From Hypanus sabinus (Eukaryota), in NCBI RefSeq assembly GCF_030144855.1, contig NC_082714.1:132432001-132496000 (forward strand): a DNA stretch of 64,000 nt, written 5' to 3'. Position 1 is the first letter of the stretch, and every line of letters starts with the position of its first letter. The notes beneath the pieces are model-generated. The model was given only the letters and a program-made list of their open reading frames with translations. It was not told where the DNA came from and ran no database searches. Shown piece after piece: positions 10,742-22,386 of this stretch. The position numbers and the translations under genes are program-made.

Positions 10742-13700
10742 ATTTCAGGGTGACTCTCTAAGCCCACTATGACTTTTTCCCTAGCTTTAAACCCCCTCTC
10801 TAATTTATTGAATTGGATGAAATAGGGTAACAAATCAGAAACGACCAAATGATTTATACATTGACTACATTTCATACATGGATGATTTGAAACTATGCAT
10901 TCCTTCAACAGTAAAACTAAAGCAATTAATTCAAATAGTAGAATTTTTAAAAAAGATATAAAGATGAACTTTGAATTAGTTAAGTGAAGAACACTAAACA
11001 TAAAGAAAGGTGATATACCTAGTAGAAATTAAACAGACCAGCAGGATACAGTACGACCAATGGATAAATATGAAACATGTAAGTACTTGGGATATCAACA
11101 ATTAAAGATAGATCATACTGCAAGGCTTAAGAAAATCTGCCCAGCAATAGTAAGACCATGACAAAAACAATAAACACTTTCGCTGTAACCATAAGATATA
11201 GGAGTCAAATTAGGCCATCATTGCGCCATCAAATGCTCTTCAAATGATAAGCCATTCACTTGTTCAATCATTTTTGTGAACCTCCTTTGAACTGTCTCCA
11301 GTCTTAGCACATAATTTCTAAGAAAAGGGGCCCAAAATTGCTCAGAATACTCCAAGTGAGGCTTCACCAGTGCTTTATAAAGTCTCAACGTTACATCCTT
11401 GCTTTTATATTCTAGTCTTCTTGAAATGAATACTAACATTGCATTTGCCTTCCTCACCACAGAGTCAAACTGCAAATTACTCTTCAGGGAATCCTGCATA
11501 AGGATTCCCAAGTCCCTTTGCACCTCAGTTTCTTGTATTTTCTCTCCATTTAGAAAATAGTCAACCGTTTAATTTTTTGCTATCAAGCTGCATGACCATA
11601 CACTTCCCGAAACTGTATTCCATCTGCCACTTATTTCCCCATTCTCCCGTAATCTAAAACCTCTGTAGCCTCAAAACTTACTCAAACCTACCTACCCCTG
11701 CACCTATCTTCATATTGTCTGCAAACCTTGCAACAAAGCCATCAATTCCAACATCCAGATCATTGACATATGTAAAAAGAATCGATCCCAACAAAGACCC
11801 CTGTGGAACACCACTAGTCACTGGCAGCTAACCAGAAAAGGCTCCCTTTAGTCGAACTTTTTGCCTCCTGCCAATCCATGCTAGAATCTTTCTTGAGATA
11901 CCATGGGCTCAGTTTGTTAAGCAGTCTCATGTATGGCATCTTGTCAAAGGCCTTCTGAAAATCCAAGTACACAACATCAACCAATTCTTCACTGTTTATC
12001 CTGCTTATTGTTTCTTCAAAGAATTTCAACATATTTGTCAGTCAAAATGTTCCCTCGAGGAAGCCATGCTGACTATGGGATATTTTATCTTGTGCCTCCA
12101 AGTGCCCTAGACCTCATCCTTAATAATTGATTCCAATATCCTCCCAACCACTGAGGTCAAAGTAATTGGCCTATAGTTTCCTTTCTTCTGCCTCTCTCCC
12201 TTCTTGAAGAGTTGAGTGACGTATACAATTTTCTGGTCTTCTGGAACCTGTCTGTTATTCTTCTTCTTTCCGTCCTAGGTAGTGTTAACTTCAGTGTATT
12301 TGAGTGCACATAGTGTTTTCTAAAATCTGTCATTTCATTCCATTTTTTTGGTAAATTTTCCAGATCAGTTTTGGACCAAGATATTATACCAAAAGAATAT
12401 GTTAAGGAAGATATGTGGCTAAGGAGTTGGTGTAGAAGGGAGGGTATAATATTTTTGGATCATTGGGCTCTCTTCCAGGGAATGCGGGACCTGTACAGAT
12501 GGGACGTTTTGCACCGGAACTGGAGAGGAACTTAAATCCTAGTGCGAAGGTTTGTTAATGCTGCATGAAGGTGCTTAAACTGGAGTTACAGTGGGATGGG
12601 AACCAGAGTGTCAGAACAGTTAGTGGAGAGGTTGTGGAGGCAGATATTGGTAAGACCTCAGACGAAGTTAGGAATCAAAAGGTTGAGCACGGTGTGACTA
12701 GTGTCCTGAGCTGCCAGTATTTCAACGCAATAAGTATGGTAGGAAGGGCAGCTAATCGTACTGAAGATGAGGTGACTAGTTTAAACACAGAAGCAATATG
12801 CAGTGAGGAGAGGCTGTTGCCAAGACAAAATTGCAGTCAACAGGATGAGTTGGAACCTAAAAGCAGACAGAATTGAAAAGGGTGAATACAGGACTGAAGG
12901 TGTTATATTTGAATGCATGCAATATATGGAATAAAGTAGATGAATTTGTAGCACAGTTACATGTTGGCAAGCATGATGTTGTAGGAATCATGGCTGAAAG
13001 AAGATTATAGCTGTGAGCTTAATGACCAAGTATACACATTGTATCAAAAGGACAAGCAGAGTGGTGAAAGGTCTTGGGGAGAGGATGTATCCTATGGTGG
13101 GAGAGTCTAAGACCAGACAGCCTGGTTTCAGAATATAGGGGTGTCCTTGCAGAACGTAGATGAGGAGCAATTTCTTTAGCCAGTGAGTGGTGAATCAGTG
13201 AAATTCTTTGCTACAGGCAGCGATTATGCTTATGCTAACATAGCATTTATCTTCCTCTTAGACTCTACCTGCAAATTAACGTAGCAAATCTTGCACAAGG
13301 ATTCCCAAGTCCCTTTGCACCTCAATTTTAGTATTTTCTCTCCATTTAGAAAATAGTCAACCTTTTTATTATGTATATTTAAGGCAAAGATTGATAGATT
13401 CTTGATTATTCAGGGCATGAATGGATATGGGGAGGTGGCAGGAGATTGGGGCTGAGAGGAAAATTGGATCTGCCATGATGAAATGACAAAGCAGACTTGA
13501 TGGGACAAATGGCCTAATTCTGCTCCTATATCTTATGGACTTAAAAATTTACACAACAGTCTGATAACATACATAGTTTCATCAACGAAAACAGGATTCA
13601 CCATTCCATGCGAGCATATGCAATTCTGATAAGTACATACCATTAGACTTAAATGAAAGCACAACCCAGAAAAATAAAGAAATTATCACTTTAGAAGAAA

Positions 13701-14567
13701 AAATTAACCAATGGAAGAGCATGACCTTCATGAAAAACATCCCCACTATCTGTCAGACTAGATGTCATCAAAGAAGCGTCGAATGCCTGGCTCAGAGTTA
13801 GAGACGTATTCCCAGAAACAGAGAGGTTCCTTGTGGCAATACAGGATCAGGTGGTTAACACAAAAAATTATTTAAAAATACATAATAAAAAGCTACCAAT
13901 TCAAGTAGATAAAGCAGAAAATGCCAAGAGAAACCAGTCATTATCCAACACATTACAGGATCCTGCAGCAATTTAACTCAATCTGATTACTCACACAGGC
14001 ACAATCAAGTGGTACACATCATTCACCAAAGTCCTACCTGAGAATACAAACTCATAAAAGACACCATACCTTACGATAAATACAAGCCTGGTCCAGTTTT
14101 AGAGTCAGAGTCCTACAAAGTATATTACAACCTACCCGTTATTACAGATAGGACAATCCATTATAATTGTCCAGATCTAATATTACAGGATAAATAAGCA
14201 GGAACAGTTTACTTAATAGATTTCACCATTCCAAAAACACCTAACATACAGAAATGCTAAGTGAAAAGCACCGGAAATATGCTGAATTAAGAGGAAAATT
14301 GAAAGACTATGGAACACTAACAGAGTATACATTGTCCCAATAGTAATATTTACAACTCATATCACCCCAAAAGGTTTGCACAATAGCATTAAACAATTGG
14401 GCCTACACAGCAACATTTATATAAATACCCAGAAAGCCACAACACTAAACACCATTAGAGTAGTCCAAAAGTTCCTAGCAATTGGGAAATGAGTGTGCTT
14501 GGCAATGCCCATACCTCAGGTTTTACCAGCTTGAGCTAAGAAAAAAACAAAAATACAAAAATAATAA
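10742..14567 (+). mobile_element. R4/Dong-clade non-LTR retrotransposon (RT, CCHC, restriction-like endonuclease), 5'-truncated and interrupted at 11189-13538
   Basis: FQGDSLSPL..LALNPLS; MDDLKL; KYLG; FPETERFLVAIQDQVV.TKNY; IQHITGSC..HRHNQV; ITDRTIHYNCPDLIL.DK..LID; QKATTLNT.R.VQKFL. (TAA)n lies at both ends (10701-10726 and ~14560). Confidence 0.85.
11189..13538. mobile_element. Composite CR1 block bounded by inverted CR1 3' ends
   Basis: Left end CCATAAGATATAGGAGTCAAATTAGGCCAT; right end ATGGCCTAATTCTGCTCCTATATCTTATGG. Minus-strand RT at 11220-12250; plus-strand ORF1/EN/3' pieces at 12410-13538. Confidence 0.85.
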
Positions 14568-17500
14568 TCTAACAAGCAAGAGCCAAGTAGCACAGAGTAT
14601 AAAGAACTACAAATGATTAAGACTGTTGTCAACTTGATAAATATGTCCAGGTATTGTCACGTCTTAAAATTAGTCATAAAGTGGAAATGCGGTATTTAGG
14701 AAAATCACTGGATCTAATAACTGAACGTAGCTTGGACGTGCAAACCACCAGCCATATTCATTTGGGAAAGGTGTTCAAATGGGTCTTACCCAGGGAGTTT
14801 GGACAGCTCAGCTTTAGATTCCTGACTTGTGCAGGACAAATCACTGGAGAGACCGATAAACAGTACTCATTGACGTTCTTTGAATTAGAGATGGGTAAGT
14901 GATTTGGGATTGTCATTGGAAAGGTTTGTTAATAACAAAAATGGGAAACACATGCCTGTGGACAGGATTTGTTTAAATCCTCTGAGTCAATGTTCTGTTT
15001 AGGTCATTCATTGAGAATGACCATTTGGATCAGGTATTAGAGATCAGTGGTCACCCAAGGAATAATTTCCCAAAATTACTTCTACCTTCCTTTACTTTTT
15101 TCATCCAATGAATTCAAAGATTGTAGTAAATCAAGTATAGTTTTGGACCTTAAGTACATTGATAAAGGGGTTACCAAGTTGCCAGATACTGCCATGCATT
15201 ACATTTAACATCATTAATAGTTCTAATAAATGGACCCACTAAATATAAGACAGTACAAAAATATAACAACATAGAAAGGAGAAAATTATATATTGTAAAT
15301 TATGCTTAGTTACCTTAAGTAAATGACAAAAATAACTGATTTTAAATGATCAAAGTCATGATAGAAGGAAATTACTTTTGGAGTATTTGGCAATAACTGT
15401 TAAATGCTTTCATTATAATGTCATATTAACTTGCTGTAAACAAAGTGAAAAGTATACAGCACATCTTAGTCTGCCTAAGTAGTAGAACTTCCACTTGTAT
15501 CCCCTTGACAATTACCTCCATCATTTTACACAAAATCCCAAAGATCTCAAAATATCAACAGAAGTGGGAAGTTTCACCGAAGTTATAAATATGCAAATAC
15601 TGCTACTATGTACTCTGAATTTCAGAAGTCAATCAGTATGTACATTTTAAGAAGTATAATGGACTGATTAATGAAGTTACAGAGATATGCTTACTGACAA
15701 TATACTTATAGTTTGTACCAATAATAAGTTACATTGCCTAAAGGTGGTATTGCGGAAATTACTTACTCTGGACAAAATCCTATGATACTACCATATACTG
15801 TATATTTTGAAAGGAACCAAATCAATGCTTAAAAAGTGTTTCTTTACATTTTTATCTTGCAGTATCTTAGGTTTCTTCAATAATGTGTCATTTACACAAT
15901 ATGTAACAGCACCTTTACAGTGATTTTGTCTAAACCAAAAACATGCATCTTGATACCAAATGACCAGATGTAACAAACTATAAAATAAGTCACAGAATGT
16001 GGGTCAGTTGCAACTTTGGGAGACATGGCAACTTCAAATAGGATGGCCAGGATGCTAGTGAAAGAAAGTGCCTCGTTAATGCCTGGATGGCGACCTATCA
16101 TGAAGAGAAGCTATTCAATTTACATAAATGCAAGAAACATTCTACTTTAGTCAAATTTACTTTGAACTTTTGGGAAGCATTTCTGCAAGCACAAGTTAGT
16201 TAGTATCCAATTATGTTAGGAATGATCAATAATAATTTTTATGAAACATCAACATGAAGTGGAGCCTGATAAATTATGTGATTGTTCCTGGAATAAAGAA
16301 AAAAATTATGTTACATGAATATTTTGACAACTGAAGAAAATTCTGATTAATAAATGCAGATTGAATGGCTTTAATCTTTAATCAACAGAAGTTAATCCCA
16401 CATACTTATTTTATAAAAGTCTAGATGTTTTACAATATCATTTCATTTTTATTAGATCATGTCTAGAGTAGAAAAACAATTTATAAAATGATAATGGCCA
16501 GCTATGACAAATATTTACATATATTATGAATGTACATGATCCATTGTTTTGCAATTTGGTAGATACAGCTGAGCTGTACCTCTTCCTCAATGCATCCATT
16601 ATGTCATTGTGAAAATATTAGTAACCTAACTTGGTGTGATGGGAAACCTAATAGAATTGCACACAGATAAAACACATAAAATAGACATGATCTAATTAAT
16701 GTGTGTTGTACTCTACAGACTATTAATCAAATCAGAAATCTTTAAAAAGCTATCAAAAAAAAATTGGATCTATTTATTTTATAAGATGCCTCATGGTATA
16801 TCTAAGAAACATTTTCATGCCTGCACTGTTATCACAGGATCATCACTGTTTGTGAGATCCCCCGATGGATAATTTGAGCAAAGGAATGCCAGGAAAAGAA
16901 ACAAAAGGACAGCTCAGTGCATCTACTTTGCTTGGTTTCAGAAGAGAAATAAATATCGTCCAAGAAAGTCAACTGGAAATTGTTTTATACTACCACTTGA
17001 CAAAATCTTCCAGCTAAAGACTCTACAAGCCTAGGGTGTATTCTATTAACTTAGATAGACTGGCAGATGAATTCAAAGACAAAAAATAAAGAGAGAATAT
17101 AGTAAAAGAAAGAAAAATTGTAACTATACTGTAAATTCACTGCTTCTGAACATTTTTGCTTGTTTTCACTTAATGCATCTTTCATATTCATAATCACTGA
17201 ATACAAATAAAAAGCTTGGCATGGAGTGGAGAACTCATCATTTGTCACTCACGTGAGATATACAAAAGTGTCCAATAGTTAATACAAGGCAAGTTTTCTA
17301 TTTGATATCAGAACCAACTAAATCTTCCAATTGTGTTCAGTTGCTAACTTTCCTCTTCAGATTGCACACTTATAATGTATCTGCAGCCAAAGAAATGGGA
17401 ACAGCCCATGTGTCCAAGGTACCACCAGGATCTCCATGGTTAGGAATCACATGCTGTCTCTGCTGCCATGGTTACTACTTCTCTTTCTCCCTCTTCCCAT

Positions 17501-17982
17501 AAGTATCAAGCCACCACTTATAAACAGTGTGCTCAGTATGAAATGAGTGGAGAATGAACCACTCCACAAAGAGTACACTTTGTAAAGTGCTGATGTTGTG
17601 CTGTCATCCCAAAATTGCCTTTACAACACCTATAATACTTTAGAAAATCTGGTGACCTATTTATTTTGCTACTGTTTCTGAAAAGCAACTTACTTAAGTT
17701 ACTTTCAGTATTGTCCACAATGTGAACAGATTTCAGATTTGAACCATCTAATGTTACAGGTATATTGAACCTTTAAAGATGACATTTAAAATGGCATTGA
17801 TACACCAGACTAGCTTCTCAAAGGTTTAACTTTAACTTGTACTATTAATTCAATTCTAGTTTTAATAGTTATTATCTGCATTTTAATTGCTTTATTAATT
17901 CATTTTGTGATTTTCTGTTAAAAGCACATTAGATAAATCATAGAATAAGCAGAACATTACTATAAACTGCAAGAAAGGTCTT

Positions 17983-19183
17983 TCTAAATCTTTTTATTAG
18001 TATTAGTAATATGGACAGAATACAAATGATATATTGATAAAGAAATTACCAACATACACATTCCATTACATATGAAAAAAAAACATACATAATAGTTACA
18101 ATATATATGAGTTTACCAAGACCTAAGCCATAAGATATATGTATGGACATAGTAAATCTAAATATTTCATAATGTATAATATAAAGAAAACAGAAAAAGG
18201 AAAGAAAAAAACAAAAAAAAATTTTTATAATGCAAAACTAGCTAATCTAATAACTATAACTAATAAGTAAAAAAAAGAAACAAAAAAAAGAGAAGGAAAA
18301 AAAAAGGGGGCTGTTTATAATATCTCACAAAAATAAGTATTCATCAATGCCGTCACTTCCAGTCGTCTCAAAATACATAAGCTAAAAGCTGGGAAATCAA
18401 ATGAACTTGGCACAGGGTCATATTACATCATATGAAAATGTTGAATAAATAGTCTCCATAACTTTTCAAATTTAATAGAAGTCTCAAAAGTACCACTTCT
18501 AATTTTTTCTAAATTTAAACATAACATAGTTTGAGAGAACCAATTAAATACAGTGGGAGGATCAATTTCTTTCCAATTCAACAATATAGATCCAACAAAT
18601 ATAACTTGCCGAGATTTCATTTTTTTTTAGATATTTACAGACTAGACATTTTTTAAATTCTGTACTCTCTTCAGATACTTTGGAGAGTTTATTTGAATTA
18701 GACCCTTTTCAAAAAGGGCTTATTTCAAAACTTTATAATATAATTATGAAGATACGTTCAGAGCCTCTTTATAAGACTAAAAAGGATTGGGAAAGAGAGC
18801 TTAGTTTTAGTATTTCTAGTGAGAATTGGGATAGAATTCTTCAATTAGTTAATACATCATCGTTATGTGCCAAACATTCACTAATACAATTTAAGGTCGT
18901 ACATAGGGCCCATATGTCCAAGGATAAATTAGCTCGTTTTTACTCTCATATAAGTCCTATTTGTGATAGATGTCATTCTGAAATTGCGTCTTTAACTCAC
19001 ATGTTTTGGTCGTGTTCATTTTTGGAGAAATATTGGAAAGATATTTTTGATATTATTTCTGCGGTTTTGAATATTGATTTACAACCTCATCCTATTACCG
19101 CAATTTTTGGTTTACCAATGTTAGACTCACTGCATTTATCTTCTTCAGCCCGTCGAATGATTGCATTTCTAACTCTGATGGCT
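17983..19183 (-). mobile_element. L1-clade LINE, 5'-truncated with 5' inversion, 11-bp TSD
   Basis: Minus segment 17983-~18592: SILLNWK..W..LEKI..F.K.W..F, 3' UTR and AATAAA. Plus segment ~18593-19183: YNLP..HFFRYLQ..FKVVHR..CDRC..HMFWSC..LMAR. TSD AGAAAGGTCTT at 17972-17982 and 19184-19194. Confidence 0.92.
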
Positions 19184-20359
19184 AGAAAGGTCTTAACAAG
19201 AACAATTCATGCATTGCTGTTCTCCGTTGTGAAATTGCAGAGAATTCACATCAACCTACATCACAGATAAATCAGAGATAGTATTTGCTTAGCAAACCTG
19301 ACCTTTGATACATGTGTAATAAATCATAAAAACATGCTGCTTCCCTTACCCAGTGGAAAATCTATGATTTAAAAAGGCTCAGCTTGCTCCTGGCATTTTG
19401 CGCTAGTTTCCTGATGATCTTTATGAGTAAGCTCAAACTAAGTTTTATTATCAATGAAAATTACTTCCCTCATGGTGTGACAAAGACTTCAGTTTCCCTT
19501 TGCCAAGTGGACTTGTACAATGTTAGGTAAACTAGGAGCTAAATATGATACCCCAAAGTAGTCAAAGTAAGTTCAGAAAAATCAATAAAGATGTAGTGTG
19601 TATGTATAAACAAGGGAATTGCAGATAAACATACAGAAAAAAAGCCTCTTATCCACATGCTGACCAGCAGCAAACTTGCTGATATGTATGAAGCGATTAT
19701 GGTGGTAACTAAAATGTCGAAGCTATTTACCTGCTTACATTTTCATGGCATTGTTCACAGGATTAACTGAAGAACTCAGAAAAGGAGCAAATGCACTTTC
19801 AAGCACTTCTGGAAAGCTGTTTCATTTACCTCTTGCAGTAAGTAACAAAAGTAACTTAAACTTTCACACCGGCCAATACATTTGATGTTATGCTGCTCAC
19901 GATAAGTGGCTACTGAATGAACTGAATTAAAACTCTAGGACCTTTGTTCAATTTTATTTTGTTTAAATGTATCCTTTCCAGTCTTTGGTGCATTGGGGTA
20001 ATCTACTCTTATAATTAGTCACTAATTAAATGAGAGAGAAATAAAATCAACTTAATTTATTAATTACTGTTACCACTGGTTTATTTTATAATCATTATAA
20101 ATTAATGATCACTGAAATGAATTGTCTACTGATTTATTTGAAAAGATATTGGACTTTACCTGCCAACAAACATATTATGTTGCAACTCAGTTTATGATTT
20201 ACTGATGGCTACATAATGGTATTTCAAAGTCATTCGAAGGTTTGGGTAACACCTTATCCAGAAATCTAGTCATGATGAATTAAGATTTGTCAATATATTG
20301 ATTTGTTCAAACAAGTCACTGAATAAAATTCTGACTTAAATATTTCATTCCTTTTCATT

Positions 20360-20620
20360 TATTCATGGGGTTTGGGCAGTGTGGTCATGGCCTGTATTTA
20401 TAGCCCATCAGTCGCTACTCTGGAGAAGGCAGTGATGACCTGACTTCTTGGAGTTCTGCAAGGTGTATGATGAAGGTTGTTGGATATGGATTTTTAGAAA
20501 ACATTTTGAAGGGAGAACAGTGAATGAAGAGTGTTGTATTTCCAAGCCAGCATGGCTTGTGAGTTGGGAGGAAACCTGCAGGAGATGACGTCCCCTTGCA
20601 TGCCTTGCTGCTCATGGCAT
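20360..20620 (-). mobile_element. Old elasmobranch LINE 3' end / SINE remnant
   Basis: ATTTATAGCCCATC..GAGAAGG..TTCTTG..TATTTCCAAG..GAGGAAACCTGCAGG pattern; a related piece lies at ~55985-56090. Family and strand are tentative. Confidence 0.45.
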
Positions 20621-21460
20621 TCTATGACCACAATGTTCTTTACAACAAATGGCAAACAATTAGCACTAAAGTTACAAGCCCAGGACAGGATTGGTATACA
20701 TACTGAATCACCTGTTTTCTCGTGTTTTTAAATATTTCTATTGCTAATTGAACCAGACAGTTTTTAGCTAATCTCTCTAAAACACTTTTTACATTTATTA
20801 TCACAGTTGTAAGAGACCAAGGGCAAGGATAAACCTTGACACATTGAATTAGACTTTTCTTTACTTCTCAATGATATTTCTCCAAACATTATTATCATCA
20901 ACTATGTAAGACTCCTTTGTAGACATGAATTACCCAAGAAGCCTGGACCAGTCCAATCAAGGTCCTTCCATCCAAGCACTGAAAACTAGTATGGCAGGTC
21001 ATTATATGCATGATCTGGTTTCCACACATAAAATATTTTAATATAACACTTAAAATACAAAATTTATATTATGTTTCAGCTGTATAAGCACTCCTTTACT
21101 AATCGTCACAATTCTGTTTTCTGGAGTGGTTGAAATGGGGAAAACAAAGCTCTCAATAACCACGCAGCCGTAGTCCAGACATTTCAGTTTTGCTAATAAG
21201 CAATTACATCTTTTAAAGATGGTGCTGGGTAAGTTTAAAATTGGTCAAATGTCACACTTACCGCGACTTTTGTGCGCTAAGAATTTGTATCCCAACGACC
21301 CACTTTCTTTTACTTACAAGATTATACTGGAGGAACTATCTGATAAACTAGAGTTAATCTAATCTTAATATCATTCTCGTCCAGATCCGTACAACAGTTT
21401 CAGAAGATCTAAATTGTATTTATGACTTGTAATACAATATATACAGTATTCTGGAATTAC

Positions 21461-22027
21461 CTTGGCGGCCACCGAGGAGCTGGGTTTCTCTAAAAGGTCC
21501 CAAAGTTTCTTCCTTTTGTCCGCACAGAAGGTGTTATCAAATTCTTCTCCCTCTCTGTCCCTCATGGTCTCAGCTTCTCGCTTCAGTTCCTCGTTCATTT
21601 GTTCCTTTTTCTGGTGATACCTGGCTTGGCAACAGGACTCCAGATAAATTTCGTCTATCCCCCAGTAGTCAAGCTCCTGGCTGAAGGACAAAGCGCACAT
21701 CTCTTCCATCATATGCAACTTGCCAGTACGGTAAAAATTCAAAATAGAAGTAAAAGCTCCCGGGTGACGATCAAAAAAGTACTCGTTCTCCTCCAAGTTA
21801 TAATCATCACAGCTCTCCATAAGGGACTCGTGAGTATTGCAATCCCGGAGCTTGCCCAGTCGCGTCCGGGGTAACCGGTCCAAGGTTCTCCACAGTACTT
21901 CGTGTGCAAGTCCCCCAACATTGAGTTTTACCCTTCTGGAACAAGCCTTGCTCCTGATGATCTCCACGGGATCTGGAGGTAGGGAGCTTGTGGATCGAGA
22001 CCCCCCTCTATTCATCCCCGTGGGCAT
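21461..22027 (-). CDS. KCNB1: Voltage-gated potassium channel Kv2.1, first coding exon (N-terminus and T1/BTB tetramerisation domain, 189 codons)
   Basis: [60 protein letters not shown]...[14 protein letters not shown] closely matches vertebrate Kv2.1. The MPxGM start and AHEV/SFSQELD favour KCNB1 over KCNB2. AAG|GTAATT phase-0 donor at 21460, the usual Kv2 intron position after VAAK. Confidence 0.96.
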
Positions 22028-22160
22028 GCTTCCAGTTTTCTTCTGCAAGGTTGGATATTATCTCACATTAACTATCCGAGCGTTGGATCTCAGTGCAAGA
22101 TTTTCATCTGGCTGCTTTTACACCCATCCTCGAAGCTGGAAAAAAAGGGAGAATAAAAAA
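22028..22160 (-). other. KCNB1: KCNB1 5' UTR portion with candidate splice acceptor (exon start 22135)
   Basis: Minus strand reads TTTTTTATTCTCCC(T)nCCAG|CTTCG, with AG at 22137-22136. Confidence 0.6.
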
Positions 22161-22360
22161 GGTATTTGGTGACAAGATCCAAATTGTTCTTCAGATTCAA
22201 TTGACCTACAGAAGGAGCAAGTACATCTCTAACGTAGTGTCAGGAGGTGCGGGCGCGGCGCCTTATCCAGTAATCAGTAATAGCTCATTAATCTGCTCAA
22301 AGGACAGATTTCATTGCGAGCAGACAGTGACCAGAGGCGTGCTGGTGCAGAAGGCCAAGG

Positions 22361-22386
22361 AGCGCTGTCCACAAGCCGGCGCTGAA
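22361..22386 (-). promoter_or_regulatory. Non-canonical RE1/NRSE (REST) site with 7-bp spacer
   Basis: TTCAGCGCC-GGCTTGT-GGACAGCGCT versus consensus TTCAGCACC-nn-GGACAGCGCC. Confidence 0.65.

Larger units (their letters stand above)
1..21460 (-). other. KCNB1: KCNB1 intron following the first coding exon (longer than 21.4 kb; exon 2 outside the window)
   Basis: GT donor at 21460, and no S1-S6 coding sequence anywhere in 1-21460. Confidence 0.88.

Noticed and set aside
18680-19270. 196-aa ORF as a host or domesticated gene
   Set aside because: It is the inverted piece of L1 ORF2, has no ATG start, and runs out through the TSD.
21371-21460. C-terminal extension VIPEYC... of the KCNB1 ORF
   Set aside because: Read-through into the intron past the GT donor at 21460.
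22028-22048. N-terminal extension MQKKTGS
   Set aside because: It starts at TTG in the ORF track; homology begins at ATG 22027.
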